From the NCBI GenBank assembly GCA_035291465.1, contig DATDRZ010000048.1:630-64629 (forward strand): 64,000 bases of DNA, read 5' to 3'. Below the pieces are notes generated by a model, which searched no databases, was not told the DNA's origin, and saw nothing but the letters and a program-made list of their open reading frames with translations. The stretch comes from Anaerolineales bacterium (GTDB lineage Bacteria; Chloroflexota; Anaerolineae; Anaerolineales; UBA11579). Positions 24,755 through 35,832 of this stretch are shown one piece after another (positions within the stretch are counted from its first letter, which is position 1; every line of letters starts with the position of its first letter). The translations under genes were made by a program, and so were the position numbers.

Positions 24755-26488
24755 CTACTCTTCATGAGGGCGATCTTGATGCAAGTAGTAGGTATGCTCA
24801 TATGTCTTAGTTTCCCCAGATTCCGGGTCCGTCCATTCCACCTGTGGGGTAACACGTTTCAAGTTATATTGCACCTGTTCAACAGTGATGTTGGCATTCA
24901 GGTCGGGTAGCTCGCCTTCGGCTTCCGCGGCAAGCAATTTTTCACTAAATTCGCGGAAGACAGCGGTTAGATTAGGGCAGCCAACGACGACATTGTTCAC
25001 GTCGCCTTCAGGATCAGGTTGATAAGAGAGCGTTGGGCAAAGGTCAGGGCCATACTCTTCCCCTACCACGTAGATTCCTTGCTGCAATTCTTGATAAGGG
25101 ATCAAGCGCAAAGCGCCCTCCCCTTCTTCCGGCGCCAAATCCTGGATGATACGGGTGGCCGGCGGAGTTTCAATACCAAATTGGGGAGTGCCCATGAAGC
25201 TTAATGCGATAACAATGAATACCCAGGCGATGCCCCACATGATGGCAAAGGGTCGCTTCCGCGCCAGGCGCGAGGGGTTGCGATCGATGTAAGGGATAGC
25301 CAGTAGGATAATGATCAATGTTGGCGGAACGATCAGACCCATGATGAACTTACTGTTGAGCAGCTTGCTCAATTCGAGGCGGAATCCTAGCCTAAAAGTC
25401 TCAAAGATCGGATTTACCATGCCCTCGATAATGGCAGCCGGGTCGATCTTCAGCAACCCCTGAAGCCACCAGAAATACCAGGGCGCTTTTGTATCCAGTG
25501 GTGTTTGCTGCGGGTTGGCGTGGGTCTCCAGCGGAGATGCAAACCAGCGGAAATAAAGGATGACCAGCATTATGAAGATGCCCAGGCTAACCAAGAAGAC
25601 TTCATGGGAGAGCAGGTCTGGGATCAAGTCGATGCGGCGGTTGTCTTCCTTTTTCTGGTCCGGTGTGCGTTCAGTCTCTTCAACCACCGCGGGAAGCGAG
25701 ATGCTGTGCTCGCGCGATACCTTGTAATAGTGAATACTGATTAAGGCGATCGCCAACAGAGGGAAAAGGATTACGTGCTGCAGGTAGAAACGGAGTAACC
25801 CACCCGTGCCAATGTCGGGCGCACCGCGCATCAGCAGGTTGAGTGCCGGTCCAACCACCGGACCAGATTCGGTGATGCTCGTGCCCACCGTAACCGCCCA
25901 GTAAGCTAACTGGTCCCAAGGCAGCAGATAGCCAGTGAAGCTAAGCCACGCGGTAATTAGCAACAAGATAACGCCAGTAAGCCATGTGAAGGTACGCGGT
26001 CCCTTGTACGAGCCGGTGAAATACGTGCGCAGCAGGTGCAGCCAGCTGAAGATCACCATAGCCTCTGCACCCAGGCGGTGCAGGTCGCGCAGCAGTTCGC
26101 CAAAGAAGACGTTACTTTCGATTACGAGGATGGATTCGTAGGCTTGATCCGGGAAGGGGATGTAGTACACCATCAAGATCACGCCGGTGATTACTTCGAC
26201 AATGAAGAAGAAGGTGGTAAAGAATCCCAGGCGGTAGGTATGCGTAAACCAGGTGGAAGCCTGCGGGTAATAGCGCGGGCGCAGATGGGCCACAAAGCTG
26301 GTGGTGATAACCTTGTATCGTGGATTCGGTTTTTCGGTCGGCGGATCGCCGCGCATCACGGCGCGCAGCTCGCGAATGCTGAGACCGGCCGTGATGATGC
26401 GCACCCGGTCATCGATGATCTTAGCGATCGCGGCGCGCCACTGATCGCGCGGCGGGATATTCAAGCGTCGTCTCAGGGCGTTGAGCAT
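24755..26488 (-). CDS. cytochrome b (fused b6 + subunit IV-like) with soluble C-terminal extension
   Basis: DLHRLGAEAMVIFSWLHLLR (bis-His helix), GYLLPWDQLAYWA, further TM helices, then an acidic tail of about 130 aa. Confidence 0.9.
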   Translation of the reverse strand: MLNALRRRLNIPPRDQWRAAIAKIIDDRVRIITAGLSIRELRAVMRGDPPTEKPNPRYKVITTSFVAHLRPRYYPQASTWFTHTYRLGFFTTFFFIVEVITGVILMVYYIPFPDQAYESILVIESNVFFGELLRDLHRLGAEAMVIFSWLHLLRTYFTGSYKGPRTFTWLTGVILLLITAWLSFTGYLLPWDQLAYWAVTVGTSITESGPVVGPALNLLMRGAPDIGTGGLLRFYLQHVILFPLLAIALISIHYYKVSREHSISLPAVVEETERTPDQKKEDNRRIDLIPDLLSHEVFLVSLGIFIMLVILYFRWFASPLETHANPQQTPLDTKAPWYFWWLQGLLKIDPAAIIEGMVNPIFETFRLGFRLELSKLLNSKFIMGLIVPPTLIIILLAIPYIDRNPSRLARKRPFAIMWGIAWVFIVIALSFMGTPQFGIETPPATRIIQDLAPEEGEGALRLIPYQELQQGIYVVGEEYGPDLCPTLSYQPDPEGDVNNVVVGCPNLTAVFREFSEKLLAAEAEGELPDLNANITVEQVQYNLKRVTPQVEWTDPESGETKTYEHTYYLHQDRPHEE

Positions 26489-26554
26489 CAGTTACTCCGC
26501 AAAGGTGAGGTCTTGGTTTCGGTCAGGCTCTCCGTATGGTTGCTTCCAACCATA

Positions 26555-27139
26555 TCAATCGTGAGCCTCTCCAATGAATTTATCGCCGGTGTCGATGCGA
26601 ACTATGGCGCCTTCGTCTGCCGGAACGGGCGTCGGGCCGCCTTGCGCGGGCGTTTCAGCTAGCACATTCCCATTCTCATCTTCGAAACGGATTGAGAAAT
26701 AGTCTAGGCTTCGGGGCGCGGGACCATAGATCCACGTGCCATTGTGTTCGTACTGCGAACCGTGGCAAGGGCAAATGAATTTAAATTCCTGATCGTTCCA
26801 GCCATACAAACAACCCAGATGCGGGCAAACTTTGTAGAGCGCCATCAGCCCTTCCGGAGTATGGGATAACCACAATTTGACTTTGGGGAAATTGGCGGGC
26901 GCTGTGTCTACGGCGGGCAAATCCGCGACCGTTCCGGTAGTGAACACGCCTCCGAACTCGCCTTCGCGAAAGCGGGGCAGGCCGAATAATATGGTCATGC
27001 CACTGACGCTCAGGGTCAGGAATCCCAGGGAGGCAAGCCAAGCAATATTAAGAAACTCGCGGCGATTCAGTTTGAGTTGTTCTTGCTCTACGGCACGGCT
27101 GGTTTCAGCTTGGCCGGCGGGTACGGCAGCTTCGGTCAT
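26555..27139 (-). CDS. Rieske [2Fe-2S] subunit
   Basis: Tat-like RREFLN, CPHLGC and CPCHGS boxes. Confidence 0.9.
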   Translation of the reverse strand: MTEAAVPAGQAETSRAVEQEQLKLNRREFLNIAWLASLGFLTLSVSGMTILFGLPRFREGEFGGVFTTGTVADLPAVDTAPANFPKVKLWLSHTPEGLMALYKVCPHLGCLYGWNDQEFKFICPCHGSQYEHNGTWIYGPAPRSLDYFSIRFEDENGNVLAETPAQGGPTPVPADEGAIVRIDTGDKFIGEAHD

Positions 27140-27246
27140 GAGGCGCTTCCTCCAAATAGTCCGGGAATTACCTTGCGCATTTTATCACTACTGAAAACGC
27201 CTTACAAGCAGATTCTAATATTCAAGAAAAAATCATGGTAGCAAGC

Positions 27247-27630
27247 TTACAAGGCGACTTGAGCCGTATAGATGGCCCTAAGCACAAGTCCGGCGGTGAT
27301 AAGGGTCACTGTCCCATAAACTAGAATATCGCGGCGGTCTGTGCGACCGCGTGTGTAGAAGTAAGCGAGCGGAATCATCGCAGGGATCAATGAGCCATAT
27401 AACACATGTAGCCAGCCGCGCGCAGGTTGGTGGCCCGAAACCCAGAGGAAGACCCCCAGCAATGCTTGGGCTAGGACCAGGATTTCTCCGATAGCCAACA
27501 TTCCCCAGTAGCTGGAATCGATCCCCTGCTTACGGAAAAAACGGAAATAGCCCCATAGTGCCACAATCAAAAAGTAGTAAAGCGCAGCGGTTGCCAAACG
27601 TCCATGGATCAAGCTCAAAAAATCAGACAT
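27247..27630 (-). CDS. 4-TM membrane protein, unknown function
   Basis: 127-aa ORF with four hydrophobic helices. Confidence 0.6.
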   Translation of the reverse strand: MSDFLSLIHGRLATAALYYFLIVALWGYFRFFRKQGIDSSYWGMLAIGEILVLAQALLGVFLWVSGHQPARGWLHVLYGSLIPAMIPLAYFYTRGRTDRRDILVYGTVTLITAGLVLRAIYTAQVAL

Positions 27631-27727
27631 AACACCTCACACGTGTATTGGAAAAACAAAACGGTTGAATTCTAACAGAGGTGACCATAACGGTGAAATT
27701 TCACACATGTATAATCACGCATCACTG

Positions 27728-28762
27728 ATGAAAACCATCTTTTTCAACAAACACGGCAATTTGGATGTTTTGCAATACGGCGAATTACCCGTGCCACAAC
27801 CGCAGCCCGGTTGGGTGCTGGTGGGCCTACGCACGGCAGCGCTCAATCACGTCGACATTTTCGTGCGCCGAGGGTGGCCGGGACTCAATTTGAAGATGCC
27901 CCACGTTCCCGGCTGTGATGGCGCCGGAGAGGTGAGCACGCTAGGTGATGGCGTCACCGATTGGAAGATCGGCCAACGCGTGGTGATCGATGCCAGCATT
28001 TGCCTGGAGGAGGATGAATTTACTCGCTCTGGGCAAGACAACCTATGCAAGAAATGGGAACTGCTCGGCGAGACTATGGCAGGAACCTATGCCGAATACG
28101 TTGCGGTGCCGGCGACCAACCTTCTCGAAATCCCCACAGAATTTCCGTATGACAAAGCCGCTGCCGCCGCACTCGTGTACCTCACAGCCTGGCATTCATT
28201 AGTGACGCGTGGAAAGGTGCAAAGCGGCGAATCGGTTTTGGTGATCGGCGCTTCTGGCGGGGTCAACACCGCTGCCATCCAGATTGCTAAATACCTGGGA
28301 GCAGAAGTTTTTGTCGTGGGCTCGGATGCGGAAAAATTGAAGCTGGCAGAATCTTTGGGCGCCGATCATGTAATCGATCGCTCCAAGGATGAGGATTGGT
28401 CGAAAGCCGCTTACCTGCTGACTAATAAGCGCGGCCTGGACGTCGTGGTCGATAACGTGGGAGTTACCGTTCCTCAAAGTTTGCGCGCCCTGCGCAAAGG
28501 CGGGCGCCTGCTGACGGTGGGCGCCACTGGCGGCGCCAAATTTGAGTTAGACAACCGCTATGTTTTCCATAAACACCTCAGCATCCTGGGTTCGACAATG
28601 GGCACCCGCAAAGATTTCACAGAGGTCATGGGTCTGGTTTTCGCGGGGAAGCTGGTCCCCGTCATTGATCGCATCTACCCTCTCCAAGAGGCAAGAGCAG
28701 CGCAGGAACGGCTGGAGGCGGGCGGGCAAATGGGAAAGATCGTATTGGAAATTCAGAGGTGA
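27728..28762 (+). CDS. zinc-type alcohol dehydrogenase / NADPH:quinone oxidoreductase family
   Basis: Trimmed to Met22. PHVPGCDGAGEV, GASGGVNTAAIQIAK (Rossmann), GKIVLE tail. Confidence 0.88.
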   Translation: MKTIFFNKHGNLDVLQYGELPVPQPQPGWVLVGLRTAALNHVDIFVRRGWPGLNLKMPHVPGCDGAGEVSTLGDGVTDWKIGQRVVIDASICLEEDEFTRSGQDNLCKKWELLGETMAGTYAEYVAVPATNLLEIPTEFPYDKAAAAALVYLTAWHSLVTRGKVQSGESVLVIGASGGVNTAAIQIAKYLGAEVFVVGSDAEKLKLAESLGADHVIDRSKDEDWSKAAYLLTNKRGLDVVVDNVGVTVPQSLRALRKGGRLLTVGATGGAKFELDNRYVFHKHLSILGSTMGTRKDFTEVMGLVFAGKLVPVIDRIYPLQEARAAQERLEAGGQMGKIVLEIQR

Positions 28763-29208
28763 ACCCCTCGCCATTGCCAGACAAGGAGCGGGCTCCATCT
28801 CTAAAACGCCCGTTTGCCGTAACCACCCTATTTGAGCTAGTGTTAATGTTCACAGGATTGCAGGCGCTGAGATTGTGGGGAGTCCTGACCTCGTGGGACT
28901 TCCTTTACAGCCTGCCCCTAAGCATTTCCCCAGTGCTATTGGGACTGAGCGCCGCCTTTTGGGTGGCGCTCGGTCTCCCACTCGCCTGGGGCATCTGGAG
29001 CGCAAGAGGCTGGGCGCCGCGAGCCACCCGCTGGGCGGGCATCGCTTTTGTGACTGTGCATTGGCTGGACCGGCTCATTTTGCAGATCAAGGGACCGCAG
29101 AGCGTCAACTGGCCTTTCGATTTATTGATGAGTGCAATGCTGCTGATTTCAGTGATAGCTATCCTTGCCCTCCCCAAGGCGCGAGTCTACTTCGGAGAAA
29201 AACCATGA
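28759..29208 (+). CDS. 4-TM membrane protein, unknown function
   Basis: The GTG start overlaps the upstream stop (GTGA) and the stop overlaps the next ATG (ATGA). Hydrophobic helices. Confidence 0.6.
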   Translation: MNPSPLPDKERAPSLKRPFAVTTLFELVLMFTGLQALRLWGVLTSWDFLYSLPLSISPVLLGLSAAFWVALGLPLAWGIWSARGWAPRATRWAGIAFVTVHWLDRLILQIKGPQSVNWPFDLLMSAMLLISVIAILALPKARVYFGEKP

Positions 29209-30767
29209 GTGAACGTTCGGACAACCGCTCTAAGATCGAAGAATTAAAGAAACTGCGCGCCCAAAGCAAGGAGGGCGGCGGGCCGGAACGCATCAAAGCG
29301 CAGCATGCCCAGGGCAGACTGACGGCGCGCGAAAGGCTGGATCTGCTGCTGGACAAAGGCTCCTTCCGCGAGCTGGGCGCTTTCGTCAAACATCGCACCC
29401 ATGCCTTCGGCCTGGAACAGCAACAAATCCTCAGCGACTCCGCGGTGACCGGCTGGGGGACCATTGACGGCCGCTTGATCTACGTTTATTCCCAAGACTT
29501 CACCGTCTTTGGCGGCAGTCTGGGCGAAGTGCATGCCGAAAAAATCGTTAAAGTAATGGAGATGGCGCTCAAAAACGGCGCGCCCATCATCGGCTTGAAC
29601 GATTCGGGGGGCGCGCGCATCCAAGAGGGAGTTGTTTCGCTGGGGGGTTACGCTGATATCTTCTTGCGCAATACGCTGGCCTCCGGTGTGATCCCGCAGA
29701 TCAGCGCCATCATGGGACCCTGCGCGGGCGGGGCGGTATATTCCCCTGCGCTTACAGATTTCATCTTCATGGTGCGCAATTCCTCGTACATGTTCGTCAC
29801 CGGCCCTGAGGTGGTAAAGAGTGTGACCCACGAGGAAGTCTCATTTGAGGAACTGGGTGGCGCAAGCATCCATTCGGCGCAATCCGGAGTATGCCACGTG
29901 GTTGCCGACAGCGAAGCCGATACCTTATTTCTGATTCGCAAGCTGCTTTCCTACTTGCCGCAGAACAACCTTGAGGACCCTCCTTTCCGGCCGACGAAAG
30001 ACGACCCGTTGCGCCGCGAGGATGAATTGGACGGCTTGATCCCCGATGAACCCAACAAACCTTACGACATTAAGCGCGTGATCCAACTCGTTGTTGATGA
30101 AAGTGCATTCTTCGAGATCCACGAGCAGTTCGCACAGAACATTGTCGTGGGCTTTGCCCGGCTCGGCGGGCATGTAGTGGGCATCATCGCCAACCAACCC
30201 ATGGTGCTGGCAGGCGTGCTTGACATCGACGCCTCGGAGAAAGCGGCGCGCTTCGTGCGCTTCTGTGACGCGTTCAATGTCCCGCTGGTCACTCTGGTGG
30301 ATGTTCCCGGCTTTATGCCAGGCACTACGCAGGAACACAATGGCATCATCCGCGCAGGTGCGAAGCTGCTGTATGCCTATTGCGAAGCCACCGTGCCTAA
30401 GCTCACTGTTGTGACGCGCAAGGCTTATGGCGGGGCATATGACGTGATGAGCAGTAAGCACATCCGCGGCGACCTGAACTTGGCCTGGCCAACTGCCGAA
30501 TTGGCCGTCATGGGCCCCGAGGGCGCGGTAAATATCATCTTCCGCAAGGAGTTGGCAAAATCGAAGAATCCCGACAAACGGAGGGCGCAACTGGTTGCCG
30601 AATACCGCGAGCAATTTGCTAATCCCTATGTGGCCGCAGCCCGCGGTTACATTGATCACGTTATCCGCCCGCGGGAAACGCGCCCGCGCCTGATCAACGC
30701 GCTGGAGATGCTAACCAACAAGCGCGATAACAATCCTGCCAAGAAGCACGGAAATATCCCACTTTAG
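29205..30767 (+). CDS. pccB: acyl-CoA carboxylase carboxyltransferase (beta) subunit, propionyl/methylmalonyl-CoA type
   Basis: Trimmed to Met111. [44 protein letters not shown]; 520 aa. Confidence 0.9.
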   Translation: MSERSDNRSKIEELKKLRAQSKEGGGPERIKAQHAQGRLTARERLDLLLDKGSFRELGAFVKHRTHAFGLEQQQILSDSAVTGWGTIDGRLIYVYSQDFTVFGGSLGEVHAEKIVKVMEMALKNGAPIIGLNDSGGARIQEGVVSLGGYADIFLRNTLASGVIPQISAIMGPCAGGAVYSPALTDFIFMVRNSSYMFVTGPEVVKSVTHEEVSFEELGGASIHSAQSGVCHVVADSEADTLFLIRKLLSYLPQNNLEDPPFRPTKDDPLRREDELDGLIPDEPNKPYDIKRVIQLVVDESAFFEIHEQFAQNIVVGFARLGGHVVGIIANQPMVLAGVLDIDASEKAARFVRFCDAFNVPLVTLVDVPGFMPGTTQEHNGIIRAGAKLLYAYCEATVPKLTVVTRKAYGGAYDVMSSKHIRGDLNLAWPTAELAVMGPEGAVNIIFRKELAKSKNPDKRRAQLVAEYREQFANPYVAAARGYIDHVIRPRETRPRLINALEMLTNKRDNNPAKKHGNIPL

Positions 30768-30795
30768 TCAGGTACTTAACTAGAAAGAAAAGGCC

Positions 30796-32310
30796 ATGTT
30801 CAACAAAGTGTTGATCGCTAATCGGGGAGAGATCGCAGTTCGCATTATTCGCGCCTGCCGCGAATTAGGGTTGCACACAGTAGCTGTGTTCTCTGACGCA
30901 GATAGGCAGGCATTACATGTGCGCCTTTCCGACGAGGCTTATCCTATCGGTCCGGCTCCTTCGCGCGAATCTTATTTGCGCATGGACAAGATCATCGATG
31001 TGGCCAAGAAATCCAAGGCAGGCGCTATCCATCCAGGATACGGTTTCCTTGCAGAACGAGCTGATTTTGCCCAGGCCTGCGAAGACGAAGGCATTACATT
31101 CATAGGGCCTCGTCCGTCGGCGATTGCCGCCATGGGCGACAAGGCCATCGCGCGCGCCACTGTATTGGCTGCGGGAGTGCCAGTGGTGCCGGGCACTGAG
31201 GGAGAAGGAAACCTCAGCGATGAGGAACTATTGAGACTTGCGCCTCAGATCGGATTCCCGCTCTTGATAAAGGCCACAGCGGGTGGAGGCGGCAAAGGAA
31301 TGCGCGAGGTTCGCAATCTGGAGGAGATGCCAGGCCTGCTCAATGCAGCCCGCAGCGAGGCCCAATCGGCTTTCGGCGATGGAAATGTGTATTTGGAGAA
31401 ACTGGTCGAAGGCGCCCGGCATATTGAATTTCAGATCATGGCCGACCTTGAAGGCAACACAGTCCATCTAGGCGAACGCGAGTGCTCTTTGCAACGACGG
31501 CACCAAAAGTTACTGGAAGAATCCCCCTCCCCCTTCATCGATGATGACGAAGGATTCAGGCAAGTCATGGGCGAGGTTGCAGTTAAGGCTGCCAAAGCCG
31601 TGCATTATGCCAATGCGGGCACGATCGAATTCCTTGTTGACAAGGACAACAATTTTTACTTCCTGGAGATGAACACCCGCCTTCAAGTTGAGCATCCCAT
31701 CACCGAAGAAGTAACCGGATTTGACATCGTCACAGAACAGCTCCGGGTAGCCCGCGGCCGCCAGCTCAGCATCACGCAGGATCAGGTGAAGCTAAAGGGG
31801 TGGGCGATTGAGTGCCGCATTAACGCCGAGGACCCCTACAATAATTTCTTGCCTTCCACGGGGCTCATCTCGCATCTCTCGGTACCCACTGGCCCGGGCG
31901 TTCGCGTCGATACGGGCGTGTATGCCGGTTTCCAGGTCTCGCCTTACTACGATTCGCTGATCTCCAAGCTGGTGGTACATGGAGAGTCACGCGCTCAGGC
32001 AATCCTGCGCATGCGTCGAGCCCTGGAGGAATATCGCATCTTGGGCGTGAAGACCAATATTCCCTTCCACCAGAGATTACTGGAACAGGCTCGCTTCATC
32101 GCCGGCAATTTCGATACACGTTTTATCGAAGAGCGTTTCTCGCTGGAGAAGGCGGAAGAAGGCAAGGAAGAGCATCCGGAGATCGCCGCGATCGTGGCAA
32201 CCTTGGTCACGCACCAGCAGACAGAGCGATCTGCCCACATTATCGCCCGCGGCAAGCGCGACACCAGTAACTGGAAATGGGTATCGCGCTGGGAGCGAAT
32301 GCACCGCTAG
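30796..32310 (+). CDS. accC: biotin carboxylase subunit
   Basis: [46 protein letters not shown]. Confidence 0.92.
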   Translation: MFNKVLIANRGEIAVRIIRACRELGLHTVAVFSDADRQALHVRLSDEAYPIGPAPSRESYLRMDKIIDVAKKSKAGAIHPGYGFLAERADFAQACEDEGITFIGPRPSAIAAMGDKAIARATVLAAGVPVVPGTEGEGNLSDEELLRLAPQIGFPLLIKATAGGGGKGMREVRNLEEMPGLLNAARSEAQSAFGDGNVYLEKLVEGARHIEFQIMADLEGNTVHLGERECSLQRRHQKLLEESPSPFIDDDEGFRQVMGEVAVKAAKAVHYANAGTIEFLVDKDNNFYFLEMNTRLQVEHPITEEVTGFDIVTEQLRVARGRQLSITQDQVKLKGWAIECRINAEDPYNNFLPSTGLISHLSVPTGPGVRVDTGVYAGFQVSPYYDSLISKLVVHGESRAQAILRMRRALEEYRILGVKTNIPFHQRLLEQARFIAGNFDTRFIEERFSLEKAEEGKEEHPEIAAIVATLVTHQQTERSAHIIARGKRDTSNWKWVSRWERMHR

Positions 32311-32319
32311 CCGATAGCC

Positions 32320-32820
32320 ATGAAATACATCACTGCCATTGGCGACCAGGAATACACCATCGAAATCCTTGGGCCGCGCCACGTAAGCGTGAACGGCAAA
32401 CTGTATGACGTGGACTTTCAGTCCATCTCAGGACAGCCCGTCTTTAGTCTTCTCGTAGATGGAAGGTCCTATCAGCCGGCTGTTTTCCCTGGGGAGGAGG
32501 ACACATTGCAGGTCTTAATGCGCGGCACTTTGTATATTGCGACTGTGGAGGACGAGCGCGAGAGGCGGCTGAAATCTGCGGGCGGCACTGGGGCGCCGGT
32601 CAGCGGTGAGTTTGTACTCCGCGCGCCGATGCCGGGGTTGATCGTAAACGTGCCGGTGTCGGAAGGCCAGGATGTCAAAAAAGGTGATGTCCTCGTTATC
32701 CTAGAGTCTATGAAGATGCAGAACGAGTTGAAATCCCCGCGCGATGGCAAAGTGACACGCGTCCAGGCGAAGCCCGGTGATAGCGTGGAGCAGCGCCAAA
32801 CGATATTGAGCGTGGAATAA
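32320..32820 (+). CDS. biotin carboxyl carrier protein
   Basis: C-terminal biotinyl domain GDVLVILESMKMQNEL (MKM motif). Confidence 0.85.
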   Translation: MKYITAIGDQEYTIEILGPRHVSVNGKLYDVDFQSISGQPVFSLLVDGRSYQPAVFPGEEDTLQVLMRGTLYIATVEDERERRLKSAGGTGAPVSGEFVLRAPMPGLIVNVPVSEGQDVKKGDVLVILESMKMQNELKSPRDGKVTRVQAKPGDSVEQRQTILSVE

Positions 32821-32827
32821 TAGATCT

Positions 32828-33463
32828 ATGGTTATCTCTGTGAGCGACAAAGAACTTGAAGTTAAATTCTTTGTCAACGATCTGGCTGAAATCGAAAAAC
32901 AGCTGGTGAAGCTGGGCGCCACATTGGTGCAGCCGCGCACTCACGAGTACAACCTGCGCTTTGACACGCCTAGCGGCGATTTAGGGCAGGCGGAGAGCAT
33001 GCTGCGGCTGCGGCGAGACGCCGGCAGCCATGTGACCTTCAAGGGCCCCAGCAGCACCCTAGGCGGAGTTCTGGCGCGGCAAGAGATCGAATTCGAGGTC
33101 AGCAATTTTTCTGCAGCGCAAAAATTGATCGAGGCATTGGGATATCGATCGAAATTTGTATATGAAAAATTCCGTACGACTTACGCCCTGGACGGGTTAA
33201 AGATCACTTTGGACGAAATGCCCTATGGCCCATTTGTCGAGATCGAAGGTCGGGAAGCCGCAGCCATCCAGACTGCGGCGAAAAAGCTCGATCTGGACTG
33301 GCAGCAACGTTTGCCGGAAACCTATGTCAGTATTTTCCGCAGACTGAAAGAATTGTTTAGTCTGCACTTTACGGATCTCACCTTCACAAACTTCGAGGGT
33401 GCGAATATCAATATGGCGCGCGTAGGAATCAATTTAGCGGACAAGATAAGCGCGGAAAAATAA
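32828..33463 (+). CDS. CYTH-domain protein (class IV adenylate cyclase / triphosphatase fold)
   Basis: The N-terminal ELEVKFFV is the ExExK motif. LRLRRD...VTFKGP. Confidence 0.78.
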   Translation: MVISVSDKELEVKFFVNDLAEIEKQLVKLGATLVQPRTHEYNLRFDTPSGDLGQAESMLRLRRDAGSHVTFKGPSSTLGGVLARQEIEFEVSNFSAAQKLIEALGYRSKFVYEKFRTTYALDGLKITLDEMPYGPFVEIEGREAAAIQTAAKKLDLDWQQRLPETYVSIFRRLKELFSLHFTDLTFTNFEGANINMARVGINLADKISAEK

Positions 33464-33503
33464 CTCCATCCCTTCCTACGCTTGAGGCAATTGGCGGAAC
33501 TAT

Positions 33504-34325
33504 CTAAACAGTTATTTCTTGCTCTCTCCAACGTATTGATTCAACTTCAGCGGATTCTCCGAGCAATTCATTTAAACGGGCTTTCATTGCTGCAGGATCT
33601 CCGCTAGTCAGATAACGGGTTGTCCCACCGCCAGTCTGCGGACTCCGAATGGCTCCCTCATCGAGCAACTGCTCAACCCGCCGTGCAATTGCCGGTGCTG
33701 GGTCGATCAGGCGTACGCCATCGCCAACTATGTCGCGGATGGCAGCGAACGCAAACGCGTAATGCGTACAACCCAGGACAACGGTGTCAAGTCCTTTAGC
33801 CAACATGGGTTCAAGGGCTGCCTTCAATATTCGGTGAGCTTCGGGGCCATTGGCGCGGCCCGCCTCGATCTCAGCGACCAAACCGGGGCAAGCGTCCTGC
33901 AAAATTGTGACGCCCTGCCCAAAGCGCTCGACCACCGAGGAATAGAGCTCCCCTTCGAATGTAGTAGGCGTCGCGAGAACGCCGACGACTCCACTCGCTG
34001 TGCGCTCTGCGGCTGGTTTGACCGCCGGTTCCATGCCCACAAATGGAAAACCCGGATATTGATCACGCAACGAATGGAGAGCAGCCGCGGATGCTGTATT
34101 GCAGGGAATCACGATCAGTTTTGCACCCTGATCCATCAAAAAGCGCACAATAACTTCCGAAAGGCGGCGCACTTCCGCCAGGCCGCGCGGGCCGTAGGGC
34201 ACGTGGGCCTGGTCAGCGAAGTAGATGAGATCTTCTCCTGGCAGGCGAGCGCGGATGGTGCGCAAGACGCTAAGCCCGCCAACCCCGGAATCAAACGCGC
34301 CGATGGGCGCCGATCTTTGAGCCAT
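33504..34325 (-). CDS. murI: glutamate racemase
   Basis: Trimmed to Met13. FDSGVGGLSVL, IPCNTASA, LGCTHY. Confidence 0.9.
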   Translation of the reverse strand: MAQRSAPIGAFDSGVGGLSVLRTIRARLPGEDLIYFADQAHVPYGPRGLAEVRRLSEVIVRFLMDQGAKLIVIPCNTASAAALHSLRDQYPGFPFVGMEPAVKPAAERTASGVVGVLATPTTFEGELYSSVVERFGQGVTILQDACPGLVAEIEAGRANGPEAHRILKAALEPMLAKGLDTVVLGCTHYAFAFAAIRDIVGDGVRLIDPAPAIARRVEQLLDEGAIRSPQTGGGTTRYLTSGDPAAMKARLNELLGESAEVESIRWREQEITV

Positions 34326-34394
34326 CTTTCTCCGAATAAAAACGGGTGCACTGCTAAACAATGCACCCGCGGTTATACCAGATAGATCTGGTGA

Positions 34395-34745
34395 TTAATC
34401 TTCGAACTTCTGCTTCAAGCGGCCGCTTTTGCCGCTGAGGCCCTTTAAGTATGTCAGGTGGGCGCGCCGAACTTTTGCACTCCTCTCAACCACCACTTTT
34501 TCGATCAGGGGTGAGCGCAGCAGGAAGGTACGCTCGACGCCGATGCCGTTGGCCGCTATACGGCGTACTGTGAAATTGCGGCTATTCCCCGCTTTGCCTA
34601 CGCGCATCACGGTGCCCTTGAACTCCTGGATACGCTCGCGGTCACCTTCTTTGATCTTGACGTGCACGCTAACCTGATCGCCCGAGCGCAGGGCAGGGAT
34701 ATTTTCATTGACCTTGGCCTCGACGGCCTGTAGCAAATTCGACAT
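34395..34745 (-). CDS. rplS: 50S ribosomal protein L19
   Basis: 116 aa. GDQVSVHVKIKEGDRERIQEFKGTV..., FTVRRIA.GIGVERTF. Confidence 0.95.
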   Translation of the reverse strand: MSNLLQAVEAKVNENIPALRSGDQVSVHVKIKEGDRERIQEFKGTVMRVGKAGNSRNFTVRRIAANGIGVERTFLLRSPLIEKVVVERSAKVRRAHLTYLKGLSGKSGRLKQKFED

Positions 34746-34874
34746 TTCAACAATCCTTTACCTTGTTTCGAAAACGGCGCAGGATTGTACCACACCGAGT
34801 CGCGGCTGAACCCCTCGAAATCGCCATCGCGCTCAAGCAGAGCACATCAGCCATATCTATAAGCCGTTGACTTC

Positions 34875-35723
34875 TTACGCAAACAGATCTGTCGACCGAT
34901 ATTGGTCCGGAACCGGAGGGAAGGCCCTGGTGAAAGTATCGCGCCTGCCTGTCAGCCGCCAATAGAGTTCCAACAGCGAAAAGCGGCTGAAGCGGCCATC
35001 CAGCTGGCTGGCGTGGCAAGCGTCTGCCTGGTGTTTGCGCTTTTCTACACTGCGGTAGTTGATGCTCACATGGGGTGGTGTGTCCTGGTCGCGGGCCAGT
35101 GCCGTTAGGTCAATATCCTTGTTGCGCCCCACCCGGCTCGGATCCTTGCCGGCGAGTCGCATCATGCGCACCAACCAGCGCAGTCGGCGACGATTTAGCG
35201 CGTTGTAATAAAGCCTCTCCGGTTGGAAGGGGTTGCCCGCATGTGGGAACTGACTGCCATCACCCGCCGCATGGAACGCTTGCACGGTGGCATTGTGGAT
35301 GGCGATATGGTCCGGGTGGTGATAGCCGCCGACGGGATCGAAAGTGAGAACCACTTGTGGGCGCAGCCGCCGAATCCCGTGGACAACCTTTTCGGCGACT
35401 TGCTCAAGCGGCGCCGAGACCAGCGAATTCGGATGCCGGTTATCCTCACTGCCGGGCATTCCCGAGTCCCTATAATCGAGAAAGATTACAGACGCCAACC
35501 CCAGCGTCTTGGCCGCGCAACGCAATTCCTCTTCGCGCAATGCGGCGATGTCCTTATGATTCTCGAGGAATTCCGGATCAACTGTGCCCGCCTCGCCACG
35601 AGTTGCGCAGATCAGGTGGACGTCCACACCTTGGGTGGAGTAATAAGCCAGGGTACCACCCATGCCAAATGACTCATCATCTGGGTGAGCTAAAACGGCG
35701 AGGATAACCTTATGATCGGACAT
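34875..35723 (-). CDS. PIG-L/LmbE family N-acetylglucosaminyl deacetylase
   Basis: Trimmed to Met17. AHPDDESFGMGGT and HPDH motifs. Confidence 0.85.
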   Translation of the reverse strand: MSDHKVILAVLAHPDDESFGMGGTLAYYSTQGVDVHLICATRGEAGTVDPEFLENHKDIAALREEELRCAAKTLGLASVIFLDYRDSGMPGSEDNRHPNSLVSAPLEQVAEKVVHGIRRLRPQVVLTFDPVGGYHHPDHIAIHNATVQAFHAAGDGSQFPHAGNPFQPERLYYNALNRRRLRWLVRMMRLAGKDPSRVGRNKDIDLTALARDQDTPPHVSINYRSVEKRKHQADACHASQLDGRFSRFSLLELYWRLTGRRDTFTRAFPPVPDQYRSTDLFA

Positions 35724-35832
35724 TTCCAAAGACGAAAACCGAATTATAGCCCCGAGGTCAGGATCAACCACAAAAGGCCAAAGATCAAAAAACTTTAAGC
35801 TTTTGTGTTCTTCGTGCCTTCGTGGTTATTTT

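Noticed and set aside
28875-29204. N-terminal 110 codons of the tracked carboxyltransferase ORF
   Set aside because: They overlap the membrane gene 28759-29208 in another frame. Carboxyltransferase homology and an ATGA coupling point begin at 29205.
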